Below, one piece after another: positions 44,414 through 53,286 of a stretch of DNA of 64,000 nucleotides (the stretch's first letter is position 1; each line of letters begins with the position of its first letter). The notes under the pieces were generated by a model. It saw nothing but the letters and a program-made list of their open reading frames with translations. It ran no database searches and was not told the DNA's origin. A program made the translations under genes and the position numbers. The stretch comes from Vicinamibacterales bacterium (GTDB taxonomy: Bacteria; Acidobacteriota; Vicinamibacteria; Vicinamibacterales; JAMQPK01), in assembly GCA_963761975.1 (NCBI GenBank), contig CAVXIR010000007.1:558965-622964 (forward strand), given 5' to 3'.

Positions 44414-45090
44414 TAGCTCGCGCCGATTTTGGCGAACACGGCGGCGACGACCCGGTCGCAGCGCGACTGATGGAACGTGAACGCGTGCGGCGCGCTCAGG
44501 CCCGCCCGCTCCAGGAGGTCGCGCCTGAGTGTGGCTTTGGCGCGTGACAGCCGCGTTTTCACCACATCATCGCTGACACCGAGCGCTTCGGCTGTTTCCG
44601 ACGTGCTCATCCCCTGAACTTCGCGCAGCACGAAGACCTCGCGGGACCCATCGGGCAGTTCGTCCACCGCCGCTTCGAGGAGTGCCGCCAGCTCGCGTGC
44701 GAAGGCGAGACGCTCGGGATCTGGCGCCGCGCCGCCCGATGAGATCGTCTCAACGACGCCGTCTTCGCCGTCGAGCGATTCGTATCGCCCCTGTCTGCGC
44801 GCCCGGGCAATCGCCTCGTTCACGGCAATCCTCGTCAGCCATGTGGCGAACGCCGCGCGCCGGTCGAACTGGCGCAGGTGAGCATACGCGTTGACGTGGG
44901 CCTGCTGCATCACGTCCTCGGCTTCGCGGTCGTCGCGCAGGATGGCACGCACTGCCCGATAGATCCGTTCGTTGTGGCGTCTCATCAGAACTTCGAAAAG
45001 CGCCGTCTGCCCTTGGAGAACGCGCGTCACGACCTCCTCGTCCGAAAAGCCGATCCATCGCTCGAGGACAGCGCCGCTGACCATATGCAT
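44413..45090 (-). CDS. ECF-type RNA polymerase sigma factor (225 aa)
   Basis: Region 2 ..EDVMQQAHVNAYAHLRQFDRRAAFATWLTRIAVNEA.. and region 4 ..LPDGSREVFVLREVQGMSTSETAEALGVSDDVVKTRLSRAKATLR. Confidence 0.85.
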   Translation of the reverse strand: MHMVSGAVLERWIGFSDEEVVTRVLQGQTALFEVLMRRHNERIYRAVRAILRDDREAEDVMQQAHVNAYAHLRQFDRRAAFATWLTRIAVNEAIARARRQGRYESLDGEDGVVETISSGGAAPDPERLAFARELAALLEAAVDELPDGSREVFVLREVQGMSTSETAEALGVSDDVVKTRLSRAKATLRRDLLERAGLSAPHAFTFHQSRCDRVVAAVFAKIGAS

Positions 45091-45261
45091 CGTTGGCTCC
45101 TGAATGCGTTAGCCTGCCTTTGAATAGAGTACCAAACTCGACAAAGGTGACGCGGCACGCCAGCGTCGCATTTGACTACACGTTTACTCGATTTCCGATG
45201 CGGCTGAGCCAATCCGCCGGCGGATTTCGCATCCCTCACCAAGATACGAGGGAGGCGAAAC

Positions 45262-45846
45262 ATGCGCGCTCGAGCGATTGTCTTCCTGGGTTGCATCGTT
45301 GTCTGGGGCGGCGCCGCACATGCGCAGGCCGTGCCGCCGCGATTCGAGGTTGGCGGTGGGGGCGGTGTGCTGGCCGGGGGAGGCAGCAGTGACGGGTTCA
45401 TGATCTTCACGGTGGGCCCACGGTTGACCCTCAACGTCACTCCTCGCGACGGCCTGGAAATCGCCGCCGAGATCGTCGGACCGGTCGAAGGCAACGGGCT
45501 TTACGGCCTTTACGTCCTGCAGTACAAGCGCACCCTGACAGGCCGTGTGGCGAGTCAACGTTCCGTCTTCATGACGGCCGGAGCGGGTGGCACCTTCGAG
45601 TACGAGCGTAGCAGGGAATTTCGCGAGGAACGTCCTGACGGATCGGTGTTCGTCCAGCCACCATACACGCACGCATCAGTCGATGGGCCAATGTTCGTCG
45701 CGGTGGGCGTGGGCTTCGAGCGCGTGCTCGCGCGTTATGTTGCCACGCGAGGCGAGCTGCAGCTGGCCGCATTCCGATTCGGCAGTGTAGGGGTGAGAGG
45801 CACCTTTGGGGTCTCAATCCCGATCGGAGGCTATCGTGTCCGGTAG
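45262..45846 (+). CDS. putative outer-membrane beta-barrel protein (194 aa)
   Basis: Signal peptide ..GGAAHAQA, alternating strand pattern and a terminal aromatic-rich strand. Confidence 0.55.
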   Translation: MRARAIVFLGCIVVWGGAAHAQAVPPRFEVGGGGGVLAGGGSSDGFMIFTVGPRLTLNVTPRDGLEIAAEIVGPVEGNGLYGLYVLQYKRTLTGRVASQRSVFMTAGAGGTFEYERSREFREERPDGSVFVQPPYTHASVDGPMFVAVGVGFERVLARYVATRGELQLAAFRFGSVGVRGTFGVSIPIGGYRVR

Positions 45847-46456
45847 ACACTCACAGCTTCCGGTTATGGCGATCGCCGTGACCGCGCTCACGGCCATCGC
45901 GTGCCAAACAGGAGAGCCAGGCGCTCCGTACGTCATTCCGGGGCCGACGGGGCCAACGCCCGTATCGACGCGGATGCCTTACGTGTGGGATTCGCGCGAC
46001 GAGCTTTCCGTCTGGATCGACAGCAAAGTATCGCGGGGCCCCATCTCGATGACCGGTGACGGACCGGGCGCGGCCATCCGAATCGAGAGTGGGTCGCCGA
46101 CCTTTTCGCTCGAAAACGGCAGTTCCGTGCAATGGGTGCTCCGCGGACCCGATTTCGAACTGCCCGTCACAGGGGTGAGAGCAGTGAGCATCCGTTACAC
46201 GTGGGTGCCGGCCATCCGAAACTCGACCGTTCCCGTAGCCATGCCGGACATCAACGCGGGATTCGAGCTGCCGGAAGGTCGTGCCGGGCTTCTACAGGTG
46301 ACGCTCGGTTCCCCGATCGCACGGGAACCATCAGGGGAAATGATCCTGGAGGACAAGTTTACGAAACCGTTCGATGCACGTTATTTCTATCTGTACTCGG
46401 ATGGTGGAAATCGAGGAGTGCTGGAGATCGATTCGATCGCCCTCATTCGCGAGTAG
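45836..46456 (+). CDS. hypothetical lipoprotein (GTG start, lipobox LTAIAC)
   Basis: Overlaps the upstream gene by 11 nt. The start choice is uncertain (the ATG at 45866 is also possible). Confidence 0.5.
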   Translation: MSGRHSQLPVMAIAVTALTAIACQTGEPGAPYVIPGPTGPTPVSTRMPYVWDSRDELSVWIDSKVSRGPISMTGDGPGAAIRIESGSPTFSLENGSSVQWVLRGPDFELPVTGVRAVSIRYTWVPAIRNSTVPVAMPDINAGFELPEGRAGLLQVTLGSPIAREPSGEMILEDKFTKPFDARYFYLYSDGGNRGVLEIDSIALIRE

Positions 46457-46467
46457 TGGCAGGGCTA

Positions 46468-47047
46468 GAGCGTTTTCGGTATCTGTGTAGCCGCGGCCAG
46501 TCGTCGCAGCAGGGCACGCAGCCGGCGGTCGCGAACCAGCTCGACGAGGCGGGAAAATGCATCTTCGCGACCCATTCCGATTACGCGATGGGAGCGCCCT
46601 TCGCTCAGCTCCCAACGCTTCGTACGCGCTGCAGATGCATTTTCCGGTCACGGGAGTACGTCGCCTCGCTCGCGATGGTTCGCGACCGCCGCCTGCGTGC
46701 CCCGCCGCGGCGCAGTGGTGGTCGCCCGGCGCGACGTGTGAGAGCCGAGCGGCCACAGGCAAACGACGGGGTGGCCGTCCGTCGTGGGTGGGTGATGGCT
46801 GGCGGTCGATAGGTCACAGCCCGACGGCGTCAGTCCAAAAACAACGGCGGCGGCCACCTTCGCGGACGACCAACCCTGGTCGGCCGCGCCATGGCAGAGA
46901 GGGATATCGCCGCCGCGTTGTTTTTCCGGGCCCGGGGCCCCCAACGCGGCAGCCGCGTTGGGGTGGCCTGTGTCGACCGTGACCGCCAGCCATCACCCAC
47001 CCACGACGGACGACTCGCCGTTCGCCACACAGATACCGAAAACGCTC
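46468..47047. mobile_element. MITE-like non-autonomous element (580 bp) with perfect 21-bp TIRs and TA target duplication
   Basis: GAGCGTTTTCGGTATCTGTGT at 46468-46488 and its exact reverse complement at 47027-47047. TA at 46466-46467 and at 47048-49. No credible transposase ORF inside. Confidence 0.7.
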
Positions 47048-47145
47048 TAAAGCCCTGCGCTACCGGCGACTCGCCGTCCTGTCGTGTTGATTTGGATTTT
47101 CCTCTGCGGCTTGGCGTCTTTGCGTTGAGACACAGCGTGTCGAGA

Positions 47146-48480
47146 TCACACGGCGTCTGATAACGAAGTGAAGTTGAACTCGCGAATGCGCAGCGCCGGC
47201 ATGTGGCGACCGGCGGCAACGGCCTCCGAGCGCCCGATGTCTTCCAGCCGGTTCAGCATCAGCAGCGGGCTCTCGTTCCAGCGCAGATTCTTCAACGGGC
47301 GCGTCACCTTGCCTTTTTCGATGAGAAACGCGCCGTCGCGCGTCAGTCCCGTGAAGAGCACCGTCCGCGGCTCGAGCGAGCGGATGTAGAAGAAATGCGT
47401 CACGAGCACGCCGTGGTCGCATTCGGCAATCAGCTCGTCGGTGGTTTTCGTCCCACCCGTCAGCTTCAGACCGCCGCCGGAAAACACGGATGCACCGTTG
47501 TAGATATCGTCGCCTGTCGGCTGCGTACCCTGCTTCTGAGCCCAGAAGCGTGTGTACGACAGATTTCGCAACACACCCCTTTCAATCCACACCGTTCGGC
47601 GAATCGGCAGCCCCTCGACGTCGAAGGGCATACCCAGCAAGTCCGGGTCCGACGGATCCGTATAGAGCGTGACACGCTCGTCGCACACCTTCTCGCCGAT
47701 TCGAGTGCCGCCGCCGGATTTCGAAAATGCGCTGCGCCCTTCATCGGCGCTTCTTGCGTTCAGCGCATTCGACAGAAGGGGCACTAGGTCGTTCACCGCC
47801 TGAGGTTCGAGCACGGCCGTATAGGGCCGAGGGTCGATCGATTGCGGGTTCCGGCTCGCCTGGGCTTTTCGCGCGGCGACACGCCCGATCGCCACCGGAT
47901 CGACGGCACCCCAGTCGCGCGACCCGGTGCTGGCCCAGCCGCTGCCCGTCCCGTCCGGCGTTCTCGCCGTCATCGACAGCTGGGCATCGGTGGTCCGGTG
48001 ATAGGCGAACAACCCGGCGCTCGTCGCCACCGCCACCGAAATGGCGCGTGCTTCGAGGAATCCTGCGGAGAAGATTGGGCCGGCGCCCTGCACGGCGCGC
48101 TGGACAGCGCCGGCGCGGGCGACGGGGTTCAGGTTGGCGGTGTCCTCGAGGTAGGCGTTGACGGTGGCGTATTTCTGCGGCCCCAGCTCCGGCATCATCT
48201 CGGGATCGTCGGGCGACAGCTGCGCAAGTTGAGCGGCAAGCTCTACCGTACGCCTCAGGCTCGCCTGGTCGAGCACGTTGGTCGTCGCCGCTGCCCGCTT
48301 GCGCCCCACGGTCGCCGTGACGGTCACGGAGACGTCGGTGACGCCGCCCGATGTCGTGATGCTGGCGTCCGCGAAGCGCGTGTTGCCGGCCCACTCGCTC
48401 GTGATGTTCACGCGCGTCTGGTCGGCCTTGCTCAACGCCAGCACTCGATCGGCGAGCGCTCTAGCCTCTTCGCGCGTCAT
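47146..48480 (-). CDS. PmbA/TldE-family metalloprotease subunit (444 aa)
   Basis: Starts MTREEARALADRVLALSKADQTRVNITS... The ATG overlaps the reconstructed TldD stop (ATGA). Typical PmbA length. Confidence 0.85.
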   Translation of the reverse strand: MTREEARALADRVLALSKADQTRVNITSEWAGNTRFADASITTSGGVTDVSVTVTATVGRKRAAATTNVLDQASLRRTVELAAQLAQLSPDDPEMMPELGPQKYATVNAYLEDTANLNPVARAGAVQRAVQGAGPIFSAGFLEARAISVAVATSAGLFAYHRTTDAQLSMTARTPDGTGSGWASTGSRDWGAVDPVAIGRVAARKAQASRNPQSIDPRPYTAVLEPQAVNDLVPLLSNALNARSADEGRSAFSKSGGGTRIGEKVCDERVTLYTDPSDPDLLGMPFDVEGLPIRRTVWIERGVLRNLSYTRFWAQKQGTQPTGDDIYNGASVFSGGGLKLTGGTKTTDELIAECDHGVLVTHFFYIRSLEPRTVLFTGLTRDGAFLIEKGKVTRPLKNLRWNESPLLMLNRLEDIGRSEAVAAGRHMPALRIREFNFTSLSDAV

Positions 48481-50097
48481 GATTTCCGCGCCGTGTTCAG
48501 AATGGTGACGTTGCGAAACCGGCTCGGGGGGCATCCATGGCTCACAGAGCTTGACTGTGACGGCTCGCCTTTGCCGTCGTTGAACGACCCACCCAGCCAG
48601 TACCGATGACTTGCCGCCGATCATGTCGAGCGCGTTCCAGAACACCGGGGTGTTGCTCTGATAGGCGACGTCACGCAGCATGCCCGTGATTTTCCCGTTG
48701 CGCACTTCGTAGTACGCCTGGCCCGAGAACTGGAAGTTATAACGCTGGTTGTCGATCGACCATGATCCGCGGTTCTTGATTACGATGCCACGATCGGTGG
48801 CCGCGACGATGTCGTCGAGCGAGATGTCGCGCTCGCCAGGCAACAGCGAGATGTTCGGCATGCGCTGAAACTGCACGGCGTTCCACGATTCGGCAAACGA
48901 GCAGCCATGCGACCGCCGTACGCCGGTGAGATGCTCGATCCACTTCGCCTGCTCGCGGGTCGTCTGGTAATCCTTGAAGATACCCTTTTCGATAATCAGC
49001 CACTGGTCCGCCGGAACGCCTTCGTCGTCCCAGGCAACGCGCGAGAGCGATCCTTCCTGCGTGCGGTCGGCTTGCACGTTCATGAACTCGGGGCCATAGC
49101 GCAGCTTGCCGATCGTCTTGTCTGGCGGCGCGACAAAGCTGGTGCCTGCATAGTTGGCTTCCTGGCCCACCGCGCGATCGAGCTCGGTTGGATGGCCAAT
49201 GGACTCGTGAATGGTCAGCCACAGGTTCGTCGGGTCGAGAATCAGATCGTATTGACCGGCTTCGACGCTCTTGGCGGTCAGCTTTTCGGCCGCAATCGAC
49301 GCCCACCGCTCGGCGTTACCGGGAATGTCGAGCGATTCGACGTATTCCCACCCTTCTCCCCGCGGCGCGGTTTCGTGTTCGTAGGTTTGAAAATCTCCCG
49401 GCGCCGTCGCGGTTGCACTGAAGTTGGGGCCGACGCGGATAAACGTCTGCGTCACGTTCGTGCCCTGCGACGTCACAAGCGTCTTCACCTCGCGCAGAAG
49501 TTGAAGACCGGACGACACGAAGCGGACGTTCCGCACTTTGAGAGCCGCCTCGTTCGCCTTCAGCAGCAGAGCGATCTTGTCCTCGAGAGGAACCTCGATG
49601 GGATCGCGACGCACAGGGGTTATCCACGTGCCCGTCACCGGTGTTGCAGGCGCGAGCTCGACGGGATGCCGCTGCACGGCGCGCGCGGCTCGCGAGAGCG
49701 CGACCGCCTCCTGTGCCGCTTTCTGCACACCGGCGCGCGTCATCACGCTTGTCGCCGCAAATCCCCAGCACCCGTTCACCAGCGCGCGGATGCCGAGACC
49801 GTAGGATTCCTCGTCGGCAACCGAGCTCACCTGGCGCTCGCGCGTCTGTATCAGCTGCCGTCGATAGCGGCCCACCCGTGCATCGGCGTATGACGCCCCA
49901 GCGCTGCGCGCCGCGTTCAGCGCTTCGTTGGCGAGCTCGATCACGAACGGATCGCCACTCGGTGCTACCAGCGTTTGCCTGCCCGCCGCAGCCTCGGCGA
50001 AGGCGGGTGCAGAGCCAGCATGGAGCCTGTTGGTCAGAAGAGCTGCCGCTGTCGCAGCTGTTTGGCCAATAAAATCACGTCTGGTCGGGTTCGACAT
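48477..50097 (-). CDS. TldD-family metalloprotease subunit with Tat signal, carrying a 1-nt insertion between about 48575 and 48607
   Basis: MSNPTRRDFIGQTAATAAALL Tat signal and HESIGHPTELDR zinc-site-like motif. The conserved C-terminus GSFNDGKGEPSQSSSVSHGCPPSRFRNVTILNTARKS-stop is readable only in the adjacent frame. Confidence 0.85.
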
Positions 50098-50173
50098 CAG
50101 GGCGCATCTCCAACCTGAAGATGCTACCCTAGGGATTGGCTTCAGTTCTCAGTTTTCAATTGAGAGGTGCGTA

Positions 50174-50536
50174 ATGAAGAGACTGGCCGCCTTGCTGACG
50201 TTCGCCATGATCGCCGTTGTCCCGGCGGTTGCCCACCACGGCTGGGCCGGGTATTCGGATCAGGAATTCGAGATTACCGGAACGGTTGAGACTGCTGTGA
50301 AACTGGCCGGGCCGCACGGTACCATGCAGATCAAAGTGGATGCACAGATCTGGGATATCACGCTGGCGCCGCCACCCCGGGTAGAGGGCGCGGGGCTGCA
50401 GGCGACGACGATTCCAGTTGGCGCGAAGGTCACCGTGCACGGGCATCGGCATCGCGATCCAAAGCGTTTCGAAGTCAAGACCGAGCGCGTGATGTACAAC
50501 GGCAAGGTTTACAACGTGTACCCGGATCGAAAATAA
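50174..50536 (+). CDS. DUF6152-like small secreted protein (120 aa)
   Basis: Signal peptide ending ..VPAVAHHGWAGY, then a single OB-like domain with ..V.V.GHRHRD. Confidence 0.6.
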   Translation: MKRLAALLTFAMIAVVPAVAHHGWAGYSDQEFEITGTVETAVKLAGPHGTMQIKVDAQIWDITLAPPPRVEGAGLQATTIPVGAKVTVHGHRHRDPKRFEVKTERVMYNGKVYNVYPDRK

Positions 50537-50550
50537 CGCTACCGAGCGCT

Positions 50551-50676
50551 GGGTGCGCTAGGTGCGATGGGTGCGTCAGGTGCGATGGGTGCGTCAGGTG
50601 CGTCGGGTGCGTTAGGTGCGTTAGGTGCGTCAGGTGCGTCGGGTGCGTTAGGTGCGTTAGGTGCGTCAGGTGCGTA
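50551..50676. repeat. direct tandem array, 14 units of the 9-nt GGTGCGTNA
   Basis: Read directly. 126 nt long with strict 9-nt phase. Confidence 0.92.
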
Positions 50677-50733
50677 AGCGAGCGATGACGAGCGGGGGCG
50701 GGTGCCTGTGGGGGCTCCGCGACCCATAAAGGC

Positions 50734-50800
50734 GCGAGCGGCGCGGGGCAATGGGGCCCCGCAAGCGAGCGCCGAGGAGCGGGTGTTGGGGCCCCGCGAC
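50734..50800. repeat. 67-nt GC-rich structured repeat, copy 2 (REP-like)
   Basis: 64 of 67 nt are identical to 7625-7691. Confidence 0.85.
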
Positions 50801-50805
50801 AAATA

Positions 50806-51291
50806 TTGCGCGACGCGTTTGTCTGGCTCGAGCGGTCTGCTCTCGGCGAGTTCATGCGGACGTCCAGCCTCTGGACGTATCCGGCCGTCAATCTGCTTCA
50901 CGTGTTCGGCATCGCCGCCCTTTTCGGCGCGGCACTCATCATCGATCTTCGACTCGTCGGTGTGTGGCGGCGTGTGCCGCTGCGCTCGATCACTGACGTA
51001 GCGGTGCCGGTCGCCGCTTCCGGATTCCTGCTTGCAATCACGACGGGCCTCGGACTGTTTGCGACGCAGGCCACCGAATATCTCGGCAATCCATTTCTGC
51101 TCATCAAGTTCGCAGCCATTGCCGTCGGACTGGCCAACGCGGCGGCCGTGCGCGCGTCGCCGGCATGGCAGGCGCGAGGCAGGCGCGATCTGTCGCCAAT
51201 CGAGCGTCGCCGGCTGGCGATCGTTGGCGGCATCTCGCTCGTGTCGTGGGTTGCCGCGATTGCGGCCGGACGGCTGATCGCGTATTGGTGA
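50806..51291 (+). CDS. hypothetical polytopic membrane protein (161 aa, TTG start)
   Basis: Four hydrophobic segments. Adjacent to the DUF6152-like gene. Confidence 0.55.
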   Translation: MRDAFVWLERSALGEFMRTSSLWTYPAVNLLHVFGIAALFGAALIIDLRLVGVWRRVPLRSITDVAVPVAASGFLLAITTGLGLFATQATEYLGNPFLLIKFAAIAVGLANAAAVRASPAWQARGRRDLSPIERRRLAIVGGISLVSWVAAIAAGRLIAYW

Positions 51292-52173
51292 TCAGGACGA
51301 GGGAAGTCTCTCGGCCAGCCAACGCAATTTGTCAGGGTTCCGGATGGCGCGAATGGCGATGACGCGCTCGCCGTCGGTCGAGCAGACGAACACGGTGTCG
51401 AGCTTTCCGCTGTGATACCCCACCAGCGCGATTTCCCCGTTGATGCTCGCCAACTGCATGTTCCACTCGCCTTGCTCGGTAGCTTTCGCGGCCAGGGCGA
51501 TCATCAGTCTGCCAACAGCGTCGGCGCCGAACACCGGCCGCCTGGCCGCGGCGACCTTCCCTCCGCCATCGGCAGTAAAGAGCACGTCGGCGGCGAGATA
51601 CTGCCCGAGCTTGTTCGCGTCGCCCTGAGTGATCGCCTCGAAGAAGCGCTCGACAATCTCGCGCTGATGTTCGGGCGCGACGGCAAATCTCGGACGTCCT
51701 TCGGAAATGCGCTCCTTCGCGCGATGCACGAGTTGACGCGCAGCCGACGGCGTGGTTTCGAGAACCTTGGCCACGTCGGCGTAGTCGCCGTCGAAGACCT
51801 CTCGCAGCAGGAAAGCCGCACGTTCGGCCGGCGACAATGTTTCGAGCAGCACGAGAAACGCCATCGTCACCGACTCGTGCCGGGCGACGGTATCTTCCGC
51901 CGTGTCGATCTCCTCGGTGGGAACGGGCTCGGGTAACCACGGTCCGACGTACTCCTCGCGACGTGCGCTGGCCGACTTGAGACGGTCGAGACACAGCCTC
52001 GTCACGATCGTCGTGAGCCACGCCCGCGCCGATTCGGGATGGGCCGGCGCCGACACGGCACGCAGCCACGCATCCTGGACGACGTCCTCTGCCTCGCTGG
52101 CGCTGCTCAGCATGCGATAGGCCACCGAGAAGAGATGAGGCCGAAGCGATTGGAACGTGGCGACGTCGATCAT
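51292..52173 (-). CDS. ECF41-type sigma factor (SigJ-like) with C-terminal SnoaL-like extension (293 aa)
   Basis: MIDVATFQSLRPHLFSVAYRMLSSASEAEDVVQDAWLR, ..YVGPWLPEP.. linker and a ~100-aa C-terminal extension, typical of ECF41. Confidence 0.85.
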   Translation of the reverse strand: MIDVATFQSLRPHLFSVAYRMLSSASEAEDVVQDAWLRAVSAPAHPESARAWLTTIVTRLCLDRLKSASARREEYVGPWLPEPVPTEEIDTAEDTVARHESVTMAFLVLLETLSPAERAAFLLREVFDGDYADVAKVLETTPSAARQLVHRAKERISEGRPRFAVAPEHQREIVERFFEAITQGDANKLGQYLAADVLFTADGGGKVAAARRPVFGADAVGRLMIALAAKATEQGEWNMQLASINGEIALVGYHSGKLDTVFVCSTDGERVIAIRAIRNPDKLRWLAERLPSS

Positions 52174-53123
52174 GCGGCAACCATCAGCGTACGCACCTCG
52201 GTGAGCCCGTCGGCAACCGTCGGATAGAGCGGATTCCATCCGAGCTCGCGTTTGGCTTTCGCGTTGTCGAGCGGCAGCCGCGCAGACGCCATGAGGGCGA
52301 TGACCGGAGCCATCATTTTGACGACCCACGCCGGAACCGTTTTCGGCGCGGGCGCCGAGACCGCAGCGGCGAGCTGCGCAATGAATTCGCCCATCGAGAT
52401 CGCGCGGTCATCGACAACGTTATAGATTCGTGAAACGTTCGGCCGTTCGATCGCCGCCACAATTGCGGCGGCTGCGTCCTCGTTGTGCACGAACGGTCCG
52501 ACGCCCGACAGGCCGGCGGGTACAAACATGCGACCCGACCGCGCCTGATCGATCATAAGCCGCGTCGACGGCACTTCGCTGCCATAGAGAAATCCGATGC
52601 GCAGCGTCACCGTCTCGATTCCGCCCGAGGCAGTGGCGGTACGAAGTTGATCCTCCAGCGAACGCAGCGCGACGATGGTGTCCTTTAATGCGCCGTCCTG
52701 GACCGGCGGCAACGGACTGTCCTCGGACACTGGGTGGCTGAAGCTGCCTGTCCCATAGACGCCGACGAACGACTCCGCAACAATGCGCCGTGCACCGGCG
52801 GCTGTAGATGCGGCAATCAGATTCGCCGTCCCACACGTGCGAAGTTCGTTGGTTGGCCGAAGTTGGTTTTTTCTCATCACGCCGCCGGGTGGTATCGCCG
52901 TCAGCAGATGCACGACGACCTCCGGCTGTGCTTCGACGACAAGCGTCTTCAGGCGTTCGGCGTCGAGTGCGTTGCCGACGACGGCCTGGGCTCCCATCGC
53001 TTGGATACGTCGGGCTCCGTCATCTGTTCTGGTCAAGCCGACCACCTGGTGCCCGCGCGATACCAGCGCGCGCACGACTGGCCGTCCAAGTGTTCCTGTG
53101 GCTCCTGCAACAAAGATCCGCAT
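52170..53123 (-). CDS. NAD(P)-dependent epimerase/dehydratase (SDR) family protein
   Basis: MRIFVAGATGTLGRPVVRALVSRGHQVVGLTR Rossmann motif. ATGA overlap with the ECF41 sigma gene. Confidence 0.85.
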   Translation of the reverse strand: MRIFVAGATGTLGRPVVRALVSRGHQVVGLTRTDDGARRIQAMGAQAVVGNALDAERLKTLVVEAQPEVVVHLLTAIPPGGVMRKNQLRPTNELRTCGTANLIAASTAAGARRIVAESFVGVYGTGSFSHPVSEDSPLPPVQDGALKDTIVALRSLEDQLRTATASGGIETVTLRIGFLYGSEVPSTRLMIDQARSGRMFVPAGLSGVGPFVHNEDAAAAIVAAIERPNVSRIYNVVDDRAISMGEFIAQLAAAVSAPAPKTVPAWVVKMMAPVIALMASARLPLDNAKAKRELGWNPLYPTVADGLTEVRTLMVAA

Positions 53124-53176
53124 TTCATCCTCCTGAAATGTAGACGAGGCAGCCGGGCGGGTTGTGACATCGGCTC

Positions 53177-53233
53177 AGGGCGAAGGGGCTAAAAGGGCAA
53201 AGGCTGAGGGCTAAGGGCTAAAGGGCTAAGGGG
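53177..53233. repeat. short array of GGGCTAA(A/G) units
   Basis: Read directly. A related array lies at 60631-60668. Confidence 0.8.
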
Positions 53234-53286
53234 CGGAGGAAGTCGTGCTAATCTGCGGCGCACAACCACCATTAACAGGAGGATTC

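Noticed and set aside
46132-46812. ORFs inside the MITE region (46132-46812 +, 46331-46762 -, and 46557-46982 +) as real genes or a transposase.
   Set aside because: The translations are Arg/Pro/Ala-rich with no DDE or HTH signatures I can recognise. They cross the element boundary and the palindromic arms. Only a short minus-frame segment looks protein-like, and that is reported as a hypothesis in the findings.
47146-50097. A genuine 983-aa TldD-PmbA fusion protein.
   Set aside because: The linker segment is non-homologous junk, while the adjacent frame encodes the conserved TldD C-terminus and a stop overlapping the PmbA ATG. It is best explained by a 1-nt insertion.
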